Origin: an uncultured Alphaproteobacteria bacterium
GTDB lineage: Bacteria; Pseudomonadota; Alphaproteobacteria; Sphingomonadales; Sphingomonadaceae
Assembly: GCA_963829325.1 (NCBI GenBank)
Contig: CAWHHN010000002.1
Coordinates: 272,772 to 336,771, forward strand
Reading direction: 5' to 3'
Length of the DNA: 64,000 nucleotides
The notes beneath the pieces were generated by a model. That model saw only the letters and a list, made by a program, of their open reading frames with translations, was not told the DNA's origin and searched no databases. The position numbers and the translations under genes were made by a program. Of this stretch, positions 1 to 8,596 are shown piece by piece (within the stretch, counting starts at the first letter, position 1; the number at the start of each line of letters is the position of its first letter).

Positions 1-356
1 CAGCCGTCGAGCAGCGGGGTCACGTCGATGTTGACGATGTCGCCGTCCTTGAGCGCTTTTTCCGAAGGAATGCCGTGGCAGATGACGTGGTTGATCGAGG
101 TGCAGCAGCTATGCGCATAACCGCGATAGCCCATGGTCGCGGGCACCGCCCCGGCGTCGAGCGTCATGCCGCGAACGAGATCGTCGATCTCGGCCGTCGT
201 CCGCCCCGGTTGCACGAAACCCGTCAGCTCGTCGAGGATCTCCGCGGCCAGCCGTCCGGCCTTGCGCATGCCCTCGAAGCCGTCGGGCCCGTGAAGCTTG
301 ATGGTTCCGTCGCGGTAGACGGATTGGTCGCTGTCGATCACCTGATATTCTGTCAT
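1..356 (-). CDS. map: Methionine aminopeptidase type I (3' part outside window)
   Basis: Manual minus-strand translation MTEYQVID...GMRKAGRLAAEILD...GYRGYAHSCCTSINHVICHGIPSEKALKDGDIVNIDVT; ATG at 356. Confidence 0.93.
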   Translation of the reverse strand, partial: MTEYQVIDSDQSVYRDGTIKLHGPDGFEGMRKAGRLAAEILDELTGFVQPGRTTAEIDDLVRGMTLDAGAVPATMGYRGYAHSCCTSINHVICHGIPSEKALKDGDIVNIDVTPLLDG

Positions 357-396
357 GCGCGCCACATAGCGATTGCGCCGGCGAAATGCGAGGCTG

Positions 397-1203
397 TCAG
401 CGATTGACGGTGAAGGCGTCGGCATAGGCCGGCTTCACCGCATCCACCACCGACGCGGTGACCGGAAGATCGATCTGGTAAGCGCCTTCGGCATAGGCTC
501 CCGCGACATAGGGCCCGAAATAGACCGTGATCCGGTCGAAGCTCCGGCCGTTCGACGATCCGATCAGCACGCTCGCCTCGTCGAGGCCGGGACATTTGTC
601 GAAGCTGTCCTTGCTGCCTTCCTCGATCTTGGTCCCGCGCCGCTTCTCGCGTTCGGCATCGAGCGCCGCACAGAGCTTGCCGCCGAGCGCCTGTTCGAGC
701 GCCACCGGCGAAGCGAACATGTCGATCCCCTCGACCGCGGTTTTCGCCTGCCTGTCCCACACCAGCGATTCGACCCCGGTCATGCCATGGGCGCCCCCGG
801 AATAGGTCGCCAGATGGCCCGACAGGCTCAGCCAGCCGGGCAGATCGGCGACGATCTTCCATTCCATCGATGCGCTGTGCTGGCGCGGTTGCCATTCCTT
901 TCCGGCGGCCGCCACCCAGTCGCGCTGGGCCTCGTCGACGAGCGCGGCCCGCATCCGTTCGGCCCGCTGCCCCAAGGCGGCCGAGAGCTCGGGGATCGCG
1001 GCGGCAGCGGCGGGCCATGAATAGTCGAAGGCATATTGTTCGGTCTCAGCCTCGATCACGCGCGGTTCGGCAGCGACGATATCGGGCGCCACGGCGGACG
1101 GGGTGGCAGCGGCATCGGCACCGGTGTCCTCAGGCTGTTCGGACTGGCCCGAGCAGGCCGCACTCGACAGGACGAGCGAAATCAGGAACAGGAGCGCACG
1201 CAT
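397..1203 (-). CDS. Exported, probable lipoprotein, DUF4163/DUF3298 (PdaC/RsiV-like)
   Basis: Signal peptide MRALLFLISLVLSSAAC; motifs YSGGAHG and FGPYVAGAYAEG; start moved to ATG 1203. Confidence 0.7.
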   Translation of the reverse strand: MRALLFLISLVLSSAACSGQSEQPEDTGADAAATPSAVAPDIVAAEPRVIEAETEQYAFDYSWPAAAAAIPELSAALGQRAERMRAALVDEAQRDWVAAAGKEWQPRQHSASMEWKIVADLPGWLSLSGHLATYSGGAHGMTGVESLVWDRQAKTAVEGIDMFASPVALEQALGGKLCAALDAEREKRRGTKIEEGSKDSFDKCPGLDEASVLIGSSNGRSFDRITVYFGPYVAGAYAEGAYQIDLPVTASVVDAVKPAYADAFTVNR

Positions 1204-1245
1204 GCCGGTATCCTCACAGAACACGAAAACAGGGAGCCTTCCCAT

Positions 1246-2634
1246 ATGGCCGACAGCGAACCGCTAATCCAGCCCGACCGAGGGCAGGACGCGATAGCCA
1301 TCCATCTCGTCGACCGCGACGGCTTTCCCGGCTGGGCCAAGCGCCTCTCCGCCGGTCAGCGCGCTGCGCTCGCGGCACAGAAATTCGAAGGCGGGGGCTA
1401 TCAGGTCGGCATCGTTCCCGATGGCGATCACTGGTTCGCGGTGGGCGGGGTCGCCAACCCCGGCGAACTGTCGAGCTGGTGCATGGCCAAGCTGGCCGAG
1501 GTGCTGCCCGAAGGCACCTATCGCCGCGCCGAGGGCGACCCCGGGCCGGCGCTCCACGGGTGGCAGACCGCGCAATATGTCTTCGATCGCTACAAGCAGC
1601 CCGAAACGCCCGCGGGGCCGCGCGTGCTGCTGACCAGGGATGCGGCCAGGATCGAACAGGCCATCGCCGAAGCGCAGGCGGTGTGCCTGGTGCGCGACCT
1701 CGTCAACACGCCGGCGGAGGACATGGGCCCCGCAGCGCTGGAGGACCAGTTCCACAAACTCGCCAAGGCCCATTCGGCGAAGGTGACGGTCACCGCGGGC
1801 GATGCACTGGAGCGCGAATATCCGATGGTCCATGCGGTCGGGCGGGCGGCTGCGCGCCACCATGCGCCGCGCCTGCTCCATCTCACCTGGGGCCGCGAAG
1901 GCGACCCCGTCCTGGCGGTGATCGGCAAGGGCGTGTGCTTCGATTCGGGCGGTCTCGACGTCAAGAGTTCGACCGGCATGCTGCTGATGAAAAAGGACAT
2001 GGGCGGCGCCGCCCATGCGATCGCGCTGGCCGGTCTGATCATGCGCGCCGGGCTCAAGCTGCGCCTGCACCTGCTCGTGCCCGCGGTGGAAAATGCCATC
2101 AGCAGCAACAGTTTCCGGCCGGGCGACGTGCTGAAGAGCCGCAAGGGCCTGACCGTCGAGATCGGCAATACCGATGCCGAGGGCCGTCTCATCCTCGCCG
2201 ATGCCCTGCACCGCGCCAGCGAGGAGAAGCCGGCACTGATCATCGATTTCGCGACGCTCACCGGGGCGGCGCGGGTGGCGCTGGGGCCCGAATACCCCGC
2301 GCTCATGACGCGCGAGGAGAGCACCGCCGCTGCGCTGATCGCGGCCGGCAAGGCGCATGACGACGAACCATGGCGGCTGCCGCTGCCCGAAGCCTACCGC
2401 GAATGGCTGTCGTCCGACATCGCCGACACCAACAACGCCCATGGCACCTCCTTCGCGGGGGCGAGCGTGGCCGGCCTGTTCCTCGACAAATTCGTCGGCG
2501 AGGGGATCGACTGGGCGCATTTCGACACCTTCGCCTGGCGTCCGACCGCCAAGCCCGGTCGGCCCAAGGGCGGCGAAGCCTATGGATTGCGGGCCGCGTG
2601 GCACATGCTCCGCGAGCGATACGGGGGCGCTTGA
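1246..2634 (+). CDS. M17 leucyl aminopeptidase family protein
   Basis: GKGVCFDSGG, MKKDMGGAA, NTDAEGRL, DFATLTG motifs; GGAG Shine-Dalgarno before ATG 1246. Confidence 0.93.
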   Translation: MADSEPLIQPDRGQDAIAIHLVDRDGFPGWAKRLSAGQRAALAAQKFEGGGYQVGIVPDGDHWFAVGGVANPGELSSWCMAKLAEVLPEGTYRRAEGDPGPALHGWQTAQYVFDRYKQPETPAGPRVLLTRDAARIEQAIAEAQAVCLVRDLVNTPAEDMGPAALEDQFHKLAKAHSAKVTVTAGDALEREYPMVHAVGRAAARHHAPRLLHLTWGREGDPVLAVIGKGVCFDSGGLDVKSSTGMLLMKKDMGGAAHAIALAGLIMRAGLKLRLHLLVPAVENAISSNSFRPGDVLKSRKGLTVEIGNTDAEGRLILADALHRASEEKPALIIDFATLTGAARVALGPEYPALMTREESTAAALIAAGKAHDDEPWRLPLPEAYREWLSSDIADTNNAHGTSFAGASVAGLFLDKFVGEGIDWAHFDTFAWRPTAKPGRPKGGEAYGLRAAWHMLRERYGGA

Positions 2635-2707
2635 GGGCCTCGCCTTGCGGGAAGCGCGATGCGCGGCTAAGCGCGCGCAACCGCAACATCCGGATTCGAC
2701 CAGCAGC

Positions 2708-3076
2708 GTGACCGCGCAAGCCAGCTACTCCCTCCCCGACGACACGGTCGGCCTCAAGGGCCCGGTCGCGAAACCCGCGCCGGGGACGCTGCCCTTGCGC
2801 GGCGACCTGGCGCATATCGCGCTCGCCGGGCAGTATCTCGCCGCGCATTACGTCATCCCCATGAACCGCCGGATCGGCGATGCGCCGGCGACGCTCAAGC
2901 TCGGCATGCAGGACGATGCCGATGACGGCGCGACGGTCGATCCGGGGCAGATGGTGGAACTGCTCGACGTCGCGGGCGACTGGGCGTGGATCGCCTGCGG
3001 CCCCGCGGGTCCGAGCGGCTATGTCCGGCTCGGCAGGCTTGCGCCCGACAGCCTGGCCGCCGCCAGTGACGCATAG
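2708..3076 (+). CDS. Small SH3b-like protein resembling the N-terminus of alphaproteobacterial NlpC/P60 peptidases, without a catalytic domain
   Basis: RGDLAH and LDVAGDWAW...SGYV motifs; GTG 2708 inferred as start; promoter-like TTGCGG-N15-GCTAAG from 2646. Confidence 0.6.
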   Translation: MTAQASYSLPDDTVGLKGPVAKPAPGTLPLRGDLAHIALAGQYLAAHYVIPMNRRIGDAPATLKLGMQDDADDGATVDPGQMVELLDVAGDWAWIACGPAGPSGYVRLGRLAPDSLAAASDA

Positions 3077-4004
3077 AATCTTCATCGACGGCGCCGCGGG
3101 AACGACCGGGCTCGAAATCGCCGAACGGCTGTCGCAGCGCAGCGAATTCGAGGTGATCGCGCTCGAGGAAGCCCGCCGCAAGGATGCTGCTGCCCGCCGC
3201 GAAGCGCTCAACGAAGCCGAACTGGCGATCCTGTGCCTTCCCGACGAGGCCGCGCGCGAGGCCGTGGCGCTGATCGACCCGGCTTCCGGAACGCGCGTCA
3301 TCGACGCCTCGAGCGCGCACCGCACGAGCGAGGGATGGTGCTACGGCTTTCCCGAGATCGTCGGGCGCGAGCGCGTCGCCGCTGCCCGGCGCGTGAGCAA
3401 TCCGGGCTGCTATCCGACCGGTTTTCTGGCCCTCGTCGCGCCGCTCGTCCGGACCGGCCTGCTGCCCGCCGACTGGCCCTACGCCGTTCACGCCGTGAGC
3501 GGCTATTCGGGCGGCGGCAAGCTGCTGATCGAACGGTTCGAAGACGATCCCGCCCTCGCCTATCGGGCCTATGGTTTCGACCTCGCGCACAAGCACGGGC
3601 CGGAAATGCAGCTTCACGCGGGGCTCGAGCACGGGGTCATCTTCTCCCCCTCGGTCGTGCGCGCCTATCGCGGGATGATGGTCGAGGTCCCGCTGCATCT
3701 GGAGGCGATGGGCGCGCCGGCGACTGCCGATCGGCTGCGCGCGGGCCTGCGGGACTTCTACCGCGATTCTCCGGTGGTGAGCGTGTGCGACGGCGACCGG
3801 CCCAGCGAACTTCTCCTGTCCGAGGACCAGCCGCCGAGCGACGCGATGGAGCTGTTCGTCTTCGGCAATGCGGACAGCCGCCAGGCGCGGCTGATCGCCC
3901 GACTCGACAATCTGGGCAAGGGCGCAAGCGGGGCGGCGATCCAGAACCTCAATCTCATGTGCGGGCTGTCCGAGACCACGGGCCTGCAACGCGCGGGCGC
4001 CTAG
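3066..4004 (+). CDS. argC: N-acetyl-gamma-glutamyl-phosphate reductase (short alphaproteobacterial type)
   Basis: IFIDGAAGTTGL, NPGCYPTG, SGYSGGG, DNLGKGASGAAIQNLN; GTG 3066. Confidence 0.95.
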   Translation: MTHRIFIDGAAGTTGLEIAERLSQRSEFEVIALEEARRKDAAARREALNEAELAILCLPDEAAREAVALIDPASGTRVIDASSAHRTSEGWCYGFPEIVGRERVAAARRVSNPGCYPTGFLALVAPLVRTGLLPADWPYAVHAVSGYSGGGKLLIERFEDDPALAYRAYGFDLAHKHGPEMQLHAGLEHGVIFSPSVVRAYRGMMVEVPLHLEAMGAPATADRLRAGLRDFYRDSPVVSVCDGDRPSELLLSEDQPPSDAMELFVFGNADSRQARLIARLDNLGKGASGAAIQNLNLMCGLSETTGLQRAGA

Positions 4005-4099
4005 TTTTTGGGCAGGCATTGACCGGGAAACAGGCAGGCCGAGCGGCGCCCCGGCACGGGATTGCGCGAACCCACTGCCGTCCGGCACAAAAATTGCGC
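3999..4099. promoter_or_regulatory. Two NtrC-like enhancer sites upstream of glnB
   Basis: GCCT-AGTTTTT-GGGC (3999-4013) and GCAC-AAAAATT-GCGC (4085-4099): GC-N11-GC dyads with A/T-rich cores upstream of a sigma54-like promoter. Confidence 0.5.
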
Positions 4100-4151
4100 G
4101 CGCCGCGTTTGGCGGCTTTCGAATCTTCGTCTAGGCCCGATCTGGCTCCCT

Positions 4152-4167
4152 TGGCACGATTCTTGGA
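4152..4167 (+). promoter_or_regulatory. Sigma54 (-24/-12)-like promoter of glnBA
   Basis: TGGCACGATTCTTGG versus consensus TGGCACG-N4-TTGC (GG instead of GC at -12). Confidence 0.6.
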
Positions 4168-4209
4168 ACGATCCGCTCATGGGAACCATTCGTTACCGGC
4201 GGGCGGTGA

Positions 4210-4590
<381 letters not shown>

Positions 4591-4707
4591 ACAGCACCCT
4601 CCCGCCCGCGGGAGAGAATTCGGGGGGCTGGCCCGCAAGGGCAACTCTCCATCGACACCCACCCTGCCCTCGCGCGAGCGGAAGGGGGATTTGAGAAGGA
4701 AAGATCA

Positions 4708-6117
4708 ATGGCAAGTGCAAGCGACGTCCTCAAGCGGATCAAGGACGAAGGCATCGAATGGGTCGATCTGCGCTTCACCGACCCCAAGGGCAAGTGGCAG
4801 CACCTGACCATGGTCGCCAAGATCCTCGGCGAGGACGAGCTCGAGGACGGCTTGATGTTCGACGGCTCCTCGATCGCCGGGTGGAAGGTGATCAACGAGA
4901 GCGACATGATCCTGAAGCCCGATCTCGAACGGGTCTATGTCGATCCGTTCAGCGCCGAGCCGATGATGATCATGTTCTGCGACATCGTCGAACCTTCGAC
5001 CGGCGAATGGTACGCGCGCGACCCGCGCACCACCGCGAAACGCGCCGAAGCCTATCTCAAGTCGACCGGCATCGGCGATACCATCTACGTCGGCCCCGAA
5101 GCCGAATTCTTCATGTTCGACGATGTCCGCTTCGAGGACGGCTATGCCGGTTCGGGCTTCGCTCTCGACGATATCGAACTGCCGACCAACAGCGGCCGCG
5201 AGTATGAATTGGGCAATCTCGCCCACCGGCCGCGTGCCAAGGGCGGCTATTTCCCGGTCGCCCCGGTCGACAGCGCGGTCGACATCCGCGGCGAGATGGT
5301 CTCGACGATGATCGAGATGGGTCTGAATTGCGACAAGCACCACCACGAGGTGGCCGCGGCGCAGCACGAACTCGGTCTCACCTTCGGCACGCTCGTGGAA
5401 ACCGCCGACAACATGCAGATCTACAAATATGTCGTCCACCAGGTCGCGCATATCTACGGCAAGACCGCGACCTTCATGCCCAAGCCGATCAAGGACGACA
5501 ACGGCAGCGGCATGCACACGCATATGTCGATCTGGGACAGCGGCAAGCCGACCTTCGCCGGCAACCAGTACGGCGGCCTCAGCGAGAATTGCCTCTATTA
5601 CATCGGCGGCGTGATCAAGCACGCCAAAGCACTGAACGCCTTCACCAATCCCACTACCAACAGCTACAAGCGGCTGGTCCCTGGGTTCGAGGCGCCGGTG
5701 CTGCTCGCCTATTCGGCGCGCAACCGGTCCGCCTCGTGCCGGATACCCTATGGCGCAGGCGACAAGGCCAAGCGGGTCGAGTTCCGCTTTCCCGACGCCA
5801 TGGCCAACCCCTATCTCGCCTATGCCGCGCTGCTGATGGCCGGTCTCGACGGAATCCAGAACAAGATCCACCCCGGCGAAGCGATGGACAAGAACCTCTA
5901 TGATTTGCCGCCGGCCGAACTGGCGGACGTGCCGACCGTCTGCGGTTCGCTGCGCGAAGCGCTCGAGGCGCTCGAGGCCGATCACGAATTCCTGCTCAAG
6001 GGCGATGTCTTCACCAAGGACCAGATCGACGCCTATGCCGAATTGAAATGGGACGAGGTGCTGCGCGTCGAAACCACGCCCTGCCCGGCTGAATTCGATA
6101 TGTACTACAGCGCTTAA
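4708..6117 (+). CDS. glnA: Glutamine synthetase type I
   Basis: [28 protein letters not shown], adenylylation motif DKNLYDL. Confidence 0.98.
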   Translation: MASASDVLKRIKDEGIEWVDLRFTDPKGKWQHLTMVAKILGEDELEDGLMFDGSSIAGWKVINESDMILKPDLERVYVDPFSAEPMMIMFCDIVEPSTGEWYARDPRTTAKRAEAYLKSTGIGDTIYVGPEAEFFMFDDVRFEDGYAGSGFALDDIELPTNSGREYELGNLAHRPRAKGGYFPVAPVDSAVDIRGEMVSTMIEMGLNCDKHHHEVAAAQHELGLTFGTLVETADNMQIYKYVVHQVAHIYGKTATFMPKPIKDDNGSGMHTHMSIWDSGKPTFAGNQYGGLSENCLYYIGGVIKHAKALNAFTNPTTNSYKRLVPGFEAPVLLAYSARNRSASCRIPYGAGDKAKRVEFRFPDAMANPYLAYAALLMAGLDGIQNKIHPGEAMDKNLYDLPPAELADVPTVCGSLREALEALEADHEFLLKGDVFTKDQIDAYAELKWDEVLRVETTPCPAEFDMYYSA

Positions 6118-6150
6118 CCTTTTCGCGCTAAGGCCTGCCAATCACCGAGG

Positions 6151-6221
6151 AGGGCGTCCGGGAAACCGGGCGCCCTTTCGTTTTCGCATGCCACCGGGGC
6201 GTCGGGGCATTTTTCGTTTTC
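6151..6221 (+). terminator. Tandem intrinsic terminators after glnA
   Basis: AGGGCGTCCGG-GAAA-CCGGGCGCCCT followed by TTCGTTTT; second hairpin ATGCC(A)CCG-N6-CGGGGCAT followed by TTTTCGTTTT. Confidence 0.8.
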
Positions 6222-6274
6222 CTACACGCCGATTTTCTGGATGATGCAGCAGCCTCACCATCAGCGAGGCAGAG

Positions 6275-6910
6275 ATGAACCGGAAAACCGTTTTCGACAC
6301 CGTCCGTCGCATGCTCGGGCGCGGGTTCCGCCAGAGGGAAATTCGGGCGCTCGACGCTGCTCTCGACGATGCCGCCGCGGCAGCTTCCGCATCAGACGAT
6401 ATCGCAGCGGGTTCGACCGGCGAGATCGGGCACGCGGGAAGGCAGCTGATCCGCCAGTTCGAAGGATGCGCCCGCCGGCGCCGCGACGGGACTTTCGAAG
6501 CCTATCCCGACCCGGCGACGGGCGGCACCCCGTGGACGATCGGCTGGGGCGCGACCGGACCGGCGATCGGGCCCGGTACCGTCTGGACCCGCGAGCAATG
6601 CGATGCCCGGCTCGAGCGCGACCTGGCGCGTTTCGCGCGCGAAGTCGCGGCGGCTCTCGGCGAGGCCCCGACCATGCAGGCCGAGTTCGATGCGATGGTC
6701 AGCTTCCACTACAACACCGGCGCGATCGGTCGGGCCACGCTGACCCGCCTGCACATCGCCGGCGATCATGCCGGCGCCGCGGCACAATTCGCGCGCTGGA
6801 ACCGTGCCGGTGGGCGTATCGTGGCAGGGCTGACGCGGCGCCGCGAGGCCGAAGCGCGGCTCTACCGATCGGCCCGGCAGACAAGTGTCGCGAGTGCGAT
6901 CGCGCGATGA
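6275..6910 (+). CDS. GH24 (phage-type) lysozyme
   Basis: FEG...AYPDPATGGTPWTIGWGAT catalytic region, FDAMVSFHYNTG, WNRAGGRIVAGLTRRREAE. Confidence 0.9.
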   Translation: MNRKTVFDTVRRMLGRGFRQREIRALDAALDDAAAAASASDDIAAGSTGEIGHAGRQLIRQFEGCARRRRDGTFEAYPDPATGGTPWTIGWGATGPAIGPGTVWTREQCDARLERDLARFAREVAAALGEAPTMQAEFDAMVSFHYNTGAIGRATLTRLHIAGDHAGAAAQFARWNRAGGRIVAGLTRRREAEARLYRSARQTSVASAIAR

Positions 6911-6912
6911 GC

Positions 6913-6937
6913 GGAACTGAGGCTCCGCGCCTCCGTT
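6913..6937 (+). promoter_or_regulatory. EcfG (general stress response sigma) promoter
   Basis: Exact GGAAC-N16-CGTT, followed by AAGGAGG Shine-Dalgarno and ATG 6960. Confidence 0.75.
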
Positions 6938-6959
6938 CTCCCGACGAAGGAGGCCGACC

Positions 6960-7991
6960 ATGCGCACTATCCTCGCAAGCGCGGCAGCGCTGGCGCTGGC
7001 TGCCGCCAGCGGTGCCGGGGCGCGGCCGGGCAAAAGCGATGCGAACGGCAAGTGGTCCCAGGCCCCCGCCGCCCAGGGCCGGGCGCAGGGAGACAGGGCC
7101 AAGGGCCACTCCGGCGATCGCAAGGACGCGCGCCGCGACGCGACGGCCGACGAGGCCGCGCCCCTTCCCTCCGAAGGGCACGCCGCGCGACGCGGAAAAC
7201 CCGCATCGGGCGCGAAGGGCGGTCGCCTCCCCGGGGAAGGCAGGGAAAGACCCCGTGCGCATCAGCGGGCAAAACGCGCCGTCCCGCCTCGCGAGGCGAG
7301 CGGAGCGGAATATGATCGGACGATCCGCCCGGGTGCCAGCGGCCGGTCGGGCGTTCGCCCCGGCGCAGGCCGCCCCATCCGTGAAGTCCGGCTTCGCGAT
7401 CACGACCGCGAACCGATTCCGGGATGTCCCCCCGGCCTCGCGAAGCGCGACGATGGCTGCGCGCCGCCGGGCCTTGCGCGCCGGCAGTCACAGCGTTTCT
7501 ATGGCTACGACTATGGTCCCCGGCTCTTCGGCCTCTCGCATTATCAAGGCGGCCGCTATCTCCTCGGCGACGGCTATCTCATGCGGCTGGGAAGCGACGG
7601 CCGTGTGGCCGGCTACATCCCGCTGCTCGGCGGGGCGCTCGCGGTAGGGAAGATCTGGCCGAGATCCTACGCGAGCTATCCGCTGTCCGACTATTACATC
7701 GACTATTACGGGCTCGGTCCGGCAGCCTCCTATCGCTACGCCGACGACGTCATTTTTCGTGTCGATCCGGAGAATGCGGCGATCATGTCGGTGGCCGCGC
7801 TGCTGACCGGCGACGAGATCGCGATCGGCCGGCCGATGCCGCCGGGATATGATGTCTACAACGTTCCCTATGCCTATCGCGACCGCTACGCCGATACACC
7901 CGAAGCCAGCTATCGCTACTCCGACGGCTACGTCTACCGGATCGATCCGGCGACCCAGCGGGTCGCCGAGGCGATCGAATTGCTGGTATAG
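6960..7991 (+). CDS. Secreted protein with low-complexity N-terminus, GCPPGLAK motif and three RcnB-like repeats
   Basis: Signal peptide; CPPGLAKRDDGCAPPG; repeats YLLGDGYLMRL / YRYADDVIFRVDP / YRYSDGYVYRIDP. Confidence 0.7.
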   Translation: MRTILASAAALALAAASGAGARPGKSDANGKWSQAPAAQGRAQGDRAKGHSGDRKDARRDATADEAAPLPSEGHAARRGKPASGAKGGRLPGEGRERPRAHQRAKRAVPPREASGAEYDRTIRPGASGRSGVRPGAGRPIREVRLRDHDREPIPGCPPGLAKRDDGCAPPGLARRQSQRFYGYDYGPRLFGLSHYQGGRYLLGDGYLMRLGSDGRVAGYIPLLGGALAVGKIWPRSYASYPLSDYYIDYYGLGPAASYRYADDVIFRVDPENAAIMSVAALLTGDEIAIGRPMPPGYDVYNVPYAYRDRYADTPEASYRYSDGYVYRIDPATQRVAEAIELLV

Positions 7992-7993
7992 GC

Positions 7994-8596
7994 GTGCGCG
8001 TGTCGCTTCGACTTACCTCCCTCCTTGCCGGCGTGGCCGGCGCGACGCTGACGCTGGCGAGCGCCTGCACCGAGGCCGGGGGTGAGCAGAACGCGACCGT
8101 CGCGACCAAGGACGACGCGACGCGTACCCTCGCCGCGGTGCTCGCCGCCAGGCACGACATGACCACGCTTTCGGCTGCGCTGGGCAATACGGAACTGTCG
8201 GGCGTACTCGACGGGCCGGCCAGCTACACTCTGCTGGCCCCCGACGACGCAGCCTTCGCGGCGCTCGGCGAACAGGGCAACCAGCTGATGCAGGAGCACC
8301 AACGGCCGCTGCTGATCGGAATTCTGCGCGACCATCTGCTGCCCGGCCACCTCACCCCCGAGGCGATCGCGGCAACGGCCGCGGCGCAGGATACCCCCGT
8401 CGTCATGACCACGCTGGGCGACGCCGGGGTGCGCTTCTCCCGCGAAAGCGGCCGGCTCTATGTCTCGACCGGGAATGGCCAGCGGGCGGAAATCACCGGC
8501 CCCGCGGTCGCCGCCAACAACGGCGTCCTCATTCCGATCGATCGCGTGCTGCTGCCTCCCGGAAAGGGCCGGATCCCGGTCAATAGTCCCGGCTGA
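7994..8596 (+). CDS. Fasciclin (FAS1) domain protein, exported
   Basis: YTLLAPDDAAFAAL, LRDHLLPG, NGVLIPIDRVLLP. Confidence 0.88.
   Translation: MRVSLRLTSLLAGVAGATLTLASACTEAGGEQNATVATKDDATRTLAAVLAARHDMTTLSAALGNTELSGVLDGPASYTLLAPDDAAFAALGEQGNQLMQEHQRPLLIGILRDHLLPGHLTPEAIAATAAAQDTPVVMTTLGDAGVRFSRESGRLYVSTGNGQRAEITGPAVAANNGVLIPIDRVLLPPGKGRIPVNSPG

Noticed and set aside
4705-6141. Antisense ORF over glnA, and similar shadows at 43644-45473 and 50112-51410
   Set aside because: Mirror frames of well-supported genes
6114-6184. Possible glnA 3'-UTR sRNA (GCTAAGG -10-like element before the terminator)
   Set aside because: No convincing -35 element and only ~45 nt; unsupported without transcript data
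6200-8000. Prophage around the lysozyme
   Set aside because: No integrase, structural, holin or att-like features; the neighbours are host genes
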